Made by a program: the position numbers and the translations under genes
IMG/VR virus record: IMGVR_UViG_3300036715_004471
Coordinates: 62,001 to 126,000 of that record
Reading direction: 5' to 3' (one strand)
DNA: 64,000 nt
Shown: positions 53,968 through 63,400 of the stretch, one piece after another
Layout: each line of letters opens with the position of its first letter
Position numbering within the stretch: position 1 is the first letter of the stretch
Notes under the pieces: model-generated
The model's database searches: none
Told to the model about the DNA's origin: nothing
What the model saw: the letters and a program-made list of their open reading frames with translations, nothing else

Positions 53968-54980
53968 GGCTTCTCCGTGAAAGGTTGGTTGATGGGTCAG
54001 AGAACCGCGCCCCGTCTCTCTCGACGTAAGGGCGCTGCTCCCGCCGATGGGTGTTTCCCACAAACAGGATGACGCTGCAACAGTCGCACTTCGCTCCACC
54101 ATTGTCGTTGTTGAAGATCCAACCCATGATGACCTCGATGGGTTATGCGATCACTCCGCAATCCTCGCCAAATCGATCATGAGCCCACTGATGGGCAGCG
54201 GACTCCGCCTCCGCGGCGGTAGCATGACCCATGCTGTATGGCACCAGAACTTTGCACATGGAATGCGCTTGCGTTCCGTACCAGTCAGAGCCGGGATGGG
54301 CGTCCCACGCCTGAGCGCAGAGATCGTCGGCGTTCGAGGCGCGCTCGCCTTCGATCACCTCGTCGGCGCAGACCGCCACATGGCTCAGATGGGCAGCCGC
54401 GCTGCTCGCCTTGTAGACCTTCTCCGTGGCGACGCGCAGCGCGCCCTTGGCGCCCTCGAACGCCATCATCTTGCGAAACGCGGCAGCCTTGGCACTCTTG
54501 ATGTCGCTCATGGGATTCCTCCGCAGAGTTGGAACGATGGGCTCAGCCGTGAACCAGCAGCGTGACCAGCGCCATCACGAAGGCGATGACCAGGAACAGC
54601 ACGCCGAGATGGGGCTTGCTGACCGCGGCGAAGCCGCAGCCCACGAACCGCACACCACGCGACACGGTGACCGCGCGGGTTTTGGGAACCAGATGGTACA
54701 CACCGATCGCCGCGAGAAGCCCCGCGAGAACCAGGAACAGGATGAACATACTCTCTCCGCTTCGATGAAAAGGATGGGTCGTAACGACCTTTGCTAGCTT
54801 GGGGCTTTGCCCCGTTTCTTGCGAGCGTGGTCCGTCTTTCCTTTAGAGCCCAATCCTGTTGTTGGATGGGGCGGGTTGACCTTCGATGCAAACCCGGTGC
54901 AAGCAGACTGCATTACCGTTGCTGCTCGTCTTTCGATGTTGCCGACAATCTCCAATTGATGGGTCCGGCGCATTGCGTCA

Positions 54981-55084
54981 TGGCGCGGATCATGCTATAT
55001 GCAAGCCCCATGCCTTGCCAAGTACGCGCCCTGTAAACTTTGGGGCTTTTGGCACGTATATGGCTATATGCACGCGCCATGCCA
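54981..55084. promoter_or_regulatory. Two head-to-head double sigma54-type elements
   Basis: 54981-55015 TGGCGCG-N4-ATGCT-ATA-TGCAA-N4-CATGCCT; 55050-55084 TGGCACG-N4-TGGCT-ATA-TGCAC-N4-CATGCCA. Confidence 0.7.
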
Positions 55085-56604
55085 ACCAAAACAGAAAAGC
55101 CAAACGACTCTGCCCCAGCATCCCTCGCGGGACACCAGGGACAAAAATCAGTAATCGTAGTAGGATTCTTCTAGCTCATCCTGAGCCTCGATGGGATCGC
55201 GGAAGAGGGATCCATCAGGTCATAGAGACACTCGTCGAAAGGATCCAGCGGGGGAAGATCGTCGATGGTGAAGAGAGCTTCCAGCGCCGCTTGCTCTTCC
55301 TCGATCTCTTGAAGCCCCTCGTTGATGGGGTTGAAGAAGTAGGGATCATCCTTCTTGGACGACCACCGAGTCCCAGGATCGCGATGTCGTCCCGAGTTGA
55401 GATCACGGCTGCGTTGATGATGGGTTCGTCCCCACTTCATGTAAGCCTCCTCAGATTGAATCTGATTCAACGACCAATCGACTTGGTGGATGGGTTTAGG
55501 TCTTGTCGGCGCGCTCTTCGGCGGCAGCCATCTCGAACACCTGATCCATGATGTCAGCGCCGATGGGATCCTCACGACGGATCCGAGCTTCCTCTTCCTC
55601 CGCGATGGCGAAGCCAAGCTTGATGAGATCGGGCGGCGCCTTCTTGTGAGGATGGGAAGGTCGCTCCGGCACCTTGCAAGCGCCGACGCTCTTGACGCCC
55701 TTCGACCGAAGCATGTCACCGATGGTTACCATATCTTGACCTCGATGGGTTCAGCGCACCGTCACCTTGCACTTGGCGCAGGTGTTGAAGCAGTTGTAGT
55801 TGACGACCTCCCGCAACGAAACCTTCTTGCGAGCCTTCTCGGATGGGTCGAGGCAGGCGACATGCTTGACCGTCACCGTGCCCTTGACGAAACACAGCGG
55901 GTTTGCATCCAGTTTCTCTTGAAGACGTTGCTGCCAGACGGGCTTTGCCATGACAACCTCCAGAACCACAGAGTGATGGGTCATACCTTGGGAAACAACC
56001 ACGAGTAGACGCCGCCCGATTGCGCGCGAATACCGCACATGACCTCGTAACGCAATCGGAAGTTGCCCAGGATACCCCTTGGACACCAGTCGCTCTCCAC
56101 CATCTCGATGGGTGGAACCCACGTCGTCGGGTCAGCCTCGGTGTAGTGAGGCTCCACCAGCCGGAACAGATGGGTGATCAGCTCGGCGCAATCGCAGGCA
56201 TCGCGCCGCTGGATCGCCCGCTTGTTCTCCGCGGTCGCCGTGGCGATCCGAATCTCGTGCATGAGGCGAAGGGCTTGGATGATCAGCCGCTCCGCTTCGC
56301 GCACCTTCTCCAGAATCTCGGGGTTCGTCATGTCGATCCTCCGATCCCCTGAGGGATGGGTCAGTCGGGCTTGCCGTCATTATCCGCCCAGAACGCCGGA
56401 GCGGATTGGTAGGACCAAGGCTGGTCGTCGCCGTAGCCAAGCGGCGTCTGCATGAGACGAAAGGCAACGCGATCGGAGATGGGGAGGAATACCCGCCGAG
56501 CCAGTCCAGCCCCCGCATGTGAACCTCGTCACCTTCGTAGATGGTGCCGGGGGAATTGCAGTCGATGAACTTCATGGCTCAGCCTACCTCCCTTAGAAGA
56601 TGGG

Positions 56605-56829
56605 TTACTCCGAGAGCACCACCGCGACATTGCTGCCGTGGACCTTCTCTTGAACCAGCACCTCGGGAGCGATGGGGTGCTGGTCGTGAACGAAGCTGAC
56701 CCCGTACAGGTAAAGGTCTCGCGCATCGCGCAAGCCGATCCCGATCGTTTCACGGATCACCTTGATGCACGGGTACTTCTCGCGCGGTAGGGTGAGACAG
56801 AACTGGACCCAGGCTTCTTGAGGAGTCAT
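56605..56829 (-). CDS. Small protein with ribosomal L7/L12 C-terminal-like motif
   Basis: KYPCIKVIRETIGIGLRDARDL resembles KI.VIK.VRE.TGLGLKEAKDL. Confidence 0.5.
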   Translation of the reverse strand: MTPQEAWVQFCLTLPREKYPCIKVIRETIGIGLRDARDLYLYGVSFVHDQHPIAPEVLVQEKVHGSNVAVVLSE

Positions 56830-57558
56830 GCCTTCTTCTCGACGTTCTCGACGATGGGGAGGTCGCAGGTGAAGTTGGGAACCTTGGCGAGCCCGCACGC
56901 CTCGTGCAGTCCGTCGCGGAAGCCTAGCGCCTGATTCCAGTCCTCGCGCCAGTTGAACGAGGCGTCGCCGTAGTCCGACCACGCCTTGTTCCGACGCTCG
57001 ATCTCGATGGGGTCGGTCGTGACCTCCGTCTCGAACTCGGGACGAACCGGACGCTTGTCCGTGAGATGGACGACGCGGCGCTCCGCCGCCAACCACGCCA
57101 ACCACAAAGCCCGCTGAACTTCCGTCATGTCGCTCGTGTTGCTCATGGACTCGCCCTCGTGCAGAGGTGGATGGGTTACTTGGGTCCGTATCGGAGGAGC
57201 AGCCAGCCCGCCACGGCGGCGAGCAGAATCCCCACGATGCCCGACGAACACAGCAGCCCGATCGAGACGCCGCCCATCAGGTAGAGAACGGCGAGCACGA
57301 ATTGGTTGATCTTCTGACGCCGACGAAGCTCTTGAAAGGTCATGGTCGTGACCCTCAGTTGCTCTGCGGCTGGTCGAACTTGATGGGCGGGAAGCCGTGG
57401 TTGGTCCGCATGTTGAAGGCGACGCCCGCGCGGAAGATGTCGCGCGGGGTGACCGGAACCACGTTGCCGGCGGAAGTGATCATGCAGAGCTTGCCGTTGA
57501 CGATCTTGGTGTGAAACTTGAGCATCATGTCACTACCCTCCGCTTCTTGGAAGATGGG

Positions 57559-58020
57559 TTAGCTGAACGAGACGACCCGATAGCCGCGCCGATCGCAGAT
57601 GACGGACCAGCCGAAGTTGCAGAGCGCCACCGCGATGGGCTGGTAGCACACCGATCCACCGTTGGTGGACATCGGCTTGCCGCATGCCTCCTCCCAATCC
57701 TGATGGGTTCGCTGTGCAGCTTCGATCATGGATCGCACCGCAGAGAGCGCTTCGGACTCGCTCCGCCGCGTATCGCCGTAACCGGAGCCAGAGACGGGCG
57801 TGGTGTCCTCGTGAACGCCCTTGCCGCGGAGCCCGAGATCCACCGCAGCGCACTCGCTGCCGAAGAGCGATGGGGAATACGTCTTCCCGTCGTAGGTATT
57901 GGTCCAGGGAGCCTTGACGATCTCCTCACCGATGGGCTTGCGGCAGTCGAAGACGCGCAGCCAGGAAGGAATCTCTTGCCCGAGGAAAGAACCCGTGATC
58001 TCGATGGCGAGCTTGTTCAT
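57559..58020 (-). CDS. Hypothetical protein
   Basis: GGAG RBS before MNKLA; the longer ORF call overlaps tRNA-Asn. Confidence 0.6.
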   Translation of the reverse strand: MNKLAIEITGSFLGQEIPSWLRVFDCRKPIGEEIVKAPWTNTYDGKTYSPSLFGSECAAVDLGLRGKGVHEDTTPVSGSGYGDTRRSESEALSAVRSMIEAAQRTHQDWEEACGKPMSTNGGSVCYQPIAVALCNFGWSVICDRRGYRVVSFS

Positions 58021-58049
58021 GGTCTTGCTCCAGAACTTTATAGGATGGG

Positions 58050-58124
58050 CGTCCAGAGGAGGAATCGAACCTCCGACATTCCGCTTAACAGGCGGACGCT
58101 CTAACCGAACTGAGCTATCTGGAC
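58050..58124 (-). tRNA. tRNA-Asn(GTT)
   Basis: GTCCAGA/TCTGGAC, GCTC/GAGC D-stem, TCCGC-CTGTTAA-GCGGA, GGAGG-TTCGATT-CCTCC, discriminator G. Confidence 0.93.
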
Positions 58125-59519
58125 AGATGGGAAACACAGGGACGTTCGCGACTTCCGAGTGACATCGCCTTGGCGATGGGTACGGCGAGGTCTTACGTCC
58201 CCATGCTTCAAGTTTTCAGCCGGCAGTTCCAGCCATGCCGTTGATGCTGCTCCCTCCGCCTCCGCCGTGCGATGGGCACGCCTGCCACCGATCGTGCGGA
58301 TTGCTGTTGAGGGTACGGAATCTCCGAGGAGGCAAGCGCTCCACCATGGTCAAGCCCCGCGCCTTGAGTCCGGCGATGAGGACCGATGGGCGCTCAGCGG
58401 AGTAACCCAGCTCCTCACTCCACTCTTGAGCCTGCGCGAAGGTGAAGGAGGTTTGATCGTTGTCGCGGATCTCTTTTGCGAGTCTATCCAACAAGGCTTC
58501 GTTCATGACCTTACCCTCTTGGTTGAGAAGATGGGATTAGGCGAACTTGATCCCCGCGCTGTAGCTAGGGACGCTCCGCCCAGGTGAAGATGGCGTTGAG
58601 ATCGCTGATGGACACATCCAGGGGCTTGCCCGCAGGATGGGTCAGGCGAAGGTCGGGCAGCCCGTCGGGCGCCTCGATCACGACGGTGTTGACGAAGCTA
58701 CCGCCAGGCAGCTCGCAACAGGGGAGCTTGGCTCCGATGGGCTTGCGGATCATCATGTCGCTACCGTGTTCTGCCAGACCTCGCCGTGAGGATGGGAGAA
58801 GAGGCGCTGGCAGTAAAGCGCCTGGTCTTGGAGCTTCAACACCTCGCGAGCGTCGAAGATGGGCAGCACGGTCCCGTTGTGGAACGCCTGGATCACGAGC
58901 CAGGCGCGCTCCTGGATGGGTAGCTTGTTCCACGCCTCCACGCAGGAGAGCGCGCCTGCGATGAGGAAATTGTTGAGGAAACGTTCCATGGCTCTACTTC
59001 CTTTCCTCGGGGTCTCCGCAGAACAGGCAGAAGTCGTGGATGGGGTCTTCGTTCTCGTCGTAGACGCAGAAGCCAGTCGGACTGGTCGAACAATCCCAGG
59101 TTCCGTGCTCCAGCCAGGATGGGCTGTCGGACTTGACCGCTCGAACCAGCATGTCCTCAGAAAGATGGGTTGGGGAGCCGGCTAACGGCTCCGAGGCAGC
59201 ACGCGGTGCTCTTTCTTCCACAACGCCAGCCGTTCGGCAAGCGGGGTCAGATGCAGCGCGTCGCCAGGAAGGATGGGCATCCCCGTCGCCGTCAGCTTTG
59301 GATTGCTTGCCCACTGTCGGCGCTCCGCGCCAGACGCACGCAACCACAGCCCGTGCCGATGATTCAGTCCACGCACCACAGATGGGTTACCCAGGCGAAG
59401 ATGCCAATCATCGGGGAAACCGACGAACTGACGTTGATTCCAGATTGCCGGGTAGGTGCTCACACCTTCACCGCCTTATTGAGAATGATGGGTCGGGCGC
59501 CCGCTTGGGCGTGTGGACT

Positions 59520-59625
59520 TGGCTTATCTTTTGCAATATGCAAAGCCCGTTCCAACCATAATCAGAAAAGCGGGCAACACTATCCGACCTTGGCATTAGT
59601 TTTGTAATAGGCAAAGCCCGTGCCA
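59520..59625. promoter_or_regulatory. Two head-to-head double sigma54-type elements
   Basis: 59520-59554 TGGCTTA-N4-TTGCA-ATA-TGCAA-N4-CGTTCCA; 59591-59625 TGGCATT-N4-TTGTA-ATA-GGCAA-N4-CGTGCCA. Confidence 0.7.
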
Positions 59626-59649
59626 GACAAAAGGGGAAAGCAGAAACGA

Positions 59650-59685
59650 CCCCGCCCTGGTGCCCGTGAGGGCACCAGGGCGGGG
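59650..59685 (-). terminator. Intrinsic terminator
   Basis: Perfect 16-bp stem CCCCGCCCTGGTGCCC/GGGCACCAGGGCGGGG just after the 59688 stop, T-rich sequence downstream on -. Confidence 0.75.
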
Positions 59686-59817
59686 CATCACTTTGGATTC
59701 GTCGGCTTGGGAGGCGGACGCTTGACCTTGGGCGGACACTTGCCCGCGTACCAGCGCTTGCCGTCGAAGGTGTGCGGATGGTACTGCTGGCACTTGTCAC
59801 ACAGCTTGTACATGGGG

Positions 59818-60141
59818 CTACTGCGCAGCCGCGTGGAGATCCTCCAGCGTTTCGATGGCGCGGATGTGCTCGCTCGCAGCCTCATGAACCTGCTGCCGAC
59901 TGATGTGGTTGTCGTGCTCGGCGCCGAGAACGTCTTGATGTGCGTCCCAGGCGATGGCGCACTCCGTCACCGCGCGATCGGCGCCTTCCTCGGCGACCAC
60001 CTTGAGGGCGTGTTCGCGAGCCTCGTTGGCGGCGAACTTGCTCTGCCGCACCTTGGCGCGCACCTCCGTGCGCTTTTCACGGCACTTGCCAACCGCCACC
60101 AGGGTGAGAAATGCGTTTGCCTTTGCTTCCAGAATGCTCAT
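59818..60141 (-). CDS. Hypothetical coiled-coil protein
   Basis: GGAG RBS, co-oriented. Confidence 0.6.
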   Translation of the reverse strand: MSILEAKANAFLTLVAVGKCREKRTEVRAKVRQSKFAANEAREHALKVVAEEGADRAVTECAIAWDAHQDVLGAEHDNHISRQQVHEAASEHIRAIETLEDLHAAAQ

Positions 60142-60569
60142 GGTTCATCTCCGAATTGGTGTTCGATGGGTCAGGTGAAGGGGAAGACCATCTTGCCCGC
60201 GACGTAGCGCGCGCAGGAGTGCTCGCCCCACTTGCCCTCAGGATGGGCGGTGCGCATCACCACCGCTTCGGGATCGGCGAAGGGGAAGTCGGGGTCCGAC
60301 CCGTTTCGGGCGAGCTGATGCGCCTCCGTGTGCGAGAACGCGGCACAGGGCGGAAAGTCGTCGATGGGTTGCGTGCAGCCGCCCGCGGGCAGGAACACGA
60401 CGAAGTATCGGGAAGCCAGAATGATCTCGACCATGGGATCCTCCGCAAGAAGCAGTCTGATGGGTTCGTCGCATGGGAGAGGGGAAGAACGTGGGCTTTG
60501 GGACACACTTACACCCGCCAGCGCAAGTGTGCCGCCCTTCCCCTCTCCGATGGGATAAACCCCGGAGGG

Positions 60570-60598
60570 GCGAGGAGAGGGGGAACCCCTCTCCTCGC
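60570..60598 (-). terminator. Hairpin after the 60607 gene
   Basis: 13-bp stem GCGAGGAGAGGGG/CCCCTCTCCTCGC. Confidence 0.55.
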
Positions 60599-60606
60599 GG
60601 GAGACA

Positions 60607-61953
60607 TCACGCGCGGGGCGCGGTGTTGAGAATGCCGTGGCTGTCGGAAGCGGTGTCCCGCTCGATCGCGGCGGCGCTGACGATGGTGCCCACGGGCAGG
60701 TAGGCGTGCGAGCGGCTCGCGGTGTCATAGATGCGGAGCGCTTCCTCGAAACACGCGGTCGCGCCGCGGGAGTGAAGGGCGGCGCTGACGCGCTCCACCG
60801 TATCGGGATCCGAGGGACCGCTCGACTCCAGGGAATCGAGATCCGCGCCAATCTGGTCGAGCCGCTCGTAAGCGAGCGCCTCCAGGCGAGCGAGGGCGGC
60901 GTCGAGATCCTCCGCGCAGCCGGCGCGGAACTTAAAGCCGTCCACCTTGTCCTGCACGTCCGTGATGGGGTGCAGGTACGGGAGCAGGGGGGCGACCACC
61001 GGGGAGGGAACCTCGATCACGCGGTAGCCCGCGTTTTCCAGGACCGCCTCACGAACCAGGCGGCGGTTCACCTTGACCTTGGCGCCGGACTCGTCCGTGA
61101 TGGGGCGAGCGACCACCTTCGTGTGCTGCTCGATTCCCCGAGTGTAGGGGAAGTTGCCGAGGAGCTTGGCGGAGAACTCGACGTGCTCCCCCGCGAGGAC
61201 GTGGGCGCGAAGGTCCGCGAAGAGATCCAGCTCCTCCGCCGCGATGACTTCCCGCTGGCAGAGATCCAGCCCGAGGGCGCGGATGGGGTTGGGCATCCCC
61301 TTGACGAAGCCCGTGGTCCCCTCCTGCCGCGCAGCGTAGGCGTCGGCGGAGCGGTGGGCGCGGATGGGAGCGGGGAACCCCTCGTCGCGACGCGCCTCGA
61401 TGTTCAGCTTGGCGTGCGCGTCCCGACGCGCGGCGTCGAGCTGCGCGCCGTGGGGCTCGCCGGAGGCGTAGCCGCAGAAGGCGATGAGGCTGGCGCGCTC
61501 GTCCTTCTTCTGCTCGGAGGAGTCCCACACCATGATGGGCTCGCCCTTCTGGTTGAGGCGGAGGGAGCCCGCCGCGTGGACCTCACCCGTGATGGGATCG
61601 GTGGTGTCGATCTCGTAGCGGGCGGGGCGCTTGCCGGCGACGCGGAGCGCGGTCAGGATGCCCGCGGCGTCGAGCCCGCCGGTGCAGGGGATGTTGACGT
61701 TGACGGCGCGGGGCGCCGCCTTCTCCGCCTTGTCGGCGGACTTCGCCTTGCGACCCTTGCGACCCTTGCGCTCGGCGGGCGTGATCAGGGTCGAGCCCTG
61801 AACGTTCGCCGTCACCGTGGTGCTCGTGGCACCGATGGGGTTGGGGGTCTTGGCGTACGACGCCATCAGCAGGGCGGTCGCCGCGGGGTCGCTGGCGAGG
61901 AGGAGGGCGAGAGAAGCGGTGGCGGCGTTGGGACGGGAGGCACGGAGAGTCAT
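60607..61953 (-). CDS. Large hypothetical (probable early) protein
   Basis: 448 aa, very high GC3, first gene downstream of the largest sigma54-type cluster; no family recognised. Confidence 0.75.
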   Translation of the reverse strand: MTLRASRPNAATASLALLLASDPAATALLMASYAKTPNPIGATSTTVTANVQGSTLITPAERKGRKGRKAKSADKAEKAAPRAVNVNIPCTGGLDAAGILTALRVAGKRPARYEIDTTDPITGEVHAAGSLRLNQKGEPIMVWDSSEQKKDERASLIAFCGYASGEPHGAQLDAARRDAHAKLNIEARRDEGFPAPIRAHRSADAYAARQEGTTGFVKGMPNPIRALGLDLCQREVIAAEELDLFADLRAHVLAGEHVEFSAKLLGNFPYTRGIEQHTKVVARPITDESGAKVKVNRRLVREAVLENAGYRVIEVPSPVVAPLLPYLHPITDVQDKVDGFKFRAGCAEDLDAALARLEALAYERLDQIGADLDSLESSGPSDPDTVERVSAALHSRGATACFEEALRIYDTASRSHAYLPVGTIVSAAAIERDTASDSHGILNTAPRA

Positions 61954-62241
61954 GGCGGTGACCTTTCGTTAGAGAGACTTGACCCGTTTGGGACCAACCC
62001 CAACGGGGATGGGTCGCTCTCCGTTAGGGCGCGGTAGCTATCTGCTACCGCCTCGCGGTGTCTTGCGACCCGCTTGACTACGCCAGCCGGGAAGGCTGGA
62101 TGGGAAGCGCACCATTGCGCTTCGCCCGGCTAGCTCATCAGGGAGCGTCGCCGGTATCTCACCACAATTAGTGCGATTGATGGGCTCCCCCTATTCTGAT
62201 TGATGTGCTCAATCTCCCCTAGCTCGGGGCTCGGCAGCCCT

Positions 62242-62464
62242 CGGCATCGATCTTGCATCTTGCAATCTTCGTGCCAGTCGTATCAGTCCATTCAATATAT
62301 TGGTCCGACCTTTGCATATTGCAATCTCTAGACCATATCGTCAATTCTGTGAAAACAGAATTGGTCTTGGCATATTCAATGCAATATGCAAAGAGAGTGC
62401 CAAGGTAAAAAGGAAACGCGAAAGGGGAGCCCGAAGGCTCCCCGCGACTGGCACGGATCTTGCT
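62242..62464. promoter_or_regulatory. Three double sigma54-type elements plus one single site
   Basis: Dyads at 62242-62276, 62301-62335 and 62368-62402 (the - half of the first is a perfect TGGCACG-AAGA-TTGCA); single + site TGGCACG-GATC-TTGCT at 62449-62464. Confidence 0.75.
62424..62443 (-). terminator. Intrinsic terminator with UUCG tetraloop
   Basis: GGGGAGCC-TTCG-GGCTCCCC on -, followed by TTTCGCGTTTCCTTTTT. Confidence 0.75.
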
Positions 62465-63122
62465 AGAGAGAAGCAATCGCTAGCATGGCAACAAGCTCCG
62501 CGCGATCATCAGGATCCCAACCGGGGAGATCCAGATCCCAGAACCATGCCGGGGCGAGATCGCACAGATTCGACGTTACCTCGTCGAAAGCCGCATCGTC
62601 ATCGGTCGACGTGGCATGGTAAGTGTAGAGCGCGGCGAGGATATGTTCGACGGTGGTGCACATACTCCACACGCAAAGCGCAGGAAGATGGGCATTGGAT
62701 GGGTTTTACAGTCAGAACGGAAGCGCCCGTTCTCCCCCTCGACGGGGAATATTGGGGCGCTTCCTAGTTGTCGCCGCCCCTCAGTTGATGGGGTCGATCC
62801 CGTCGAAGTTGACTTCCTTCTCGCGCTCCGCGAGGGTCAGCCGCTCGCGCTTGGCACGCCGCTTGTCCTTGCCGCGGATCTCGCCCGTGAGCTTGGCATC
62901 GGCGCGCATGTCGCGCGTCTGCGACTTGATCAGGGAATCCAGCTCCGAACCCGACGAACGCTTCTTCATGATGATCCCTCGAATCCTTCGAAAGATTGGT
63001 TGCTTAGAAACGCCTGGGACGGAAAAACCCGTCTTCCAAGCGGGTTGTCCAGGCATCGAACCGAAGCCAGTAATCGAGCAGCTTATCCAGCATACCCGAC
63101 GCCTGGCTCTGGTCTGGATGGG

Positions 63123-63400
63123 TCACAGCATCCCCGCCGCCGAGGCGACGACGAGCACCACGGTCCCGACGATCCACACGATGAGACCCTTCCACTGTCC
63201 GATCCAGATCGACACCACAGCCAGTGCCGTCCCGGCAATGGTGATGGGTACCTCCTGCGGGGCGAGCGACATGCGCCTGGCGCCGAGCAGCACCATGAGC
63301 GCGACCAGCGCCACCGTGCCGAAGAACCACACCGCGATACCCTTGCCCTTGCCGATGAAAAGGGCGACCAGATTGAGAGCGAGAACGAGGAGAGCCATGA
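63123..63400 (-). CDS. Small membrane protein
   Basis: Almost entirely hydrophobic from MALLV; stop directly followed by CCCATC. Confidence 0.55.

Noticed and set aside
62070-62141. Hammerhead ribozyme (CTGATGA followed by a stem on -)
   Set aside because: The stem is followed by GTAG rather than the required GAAA.
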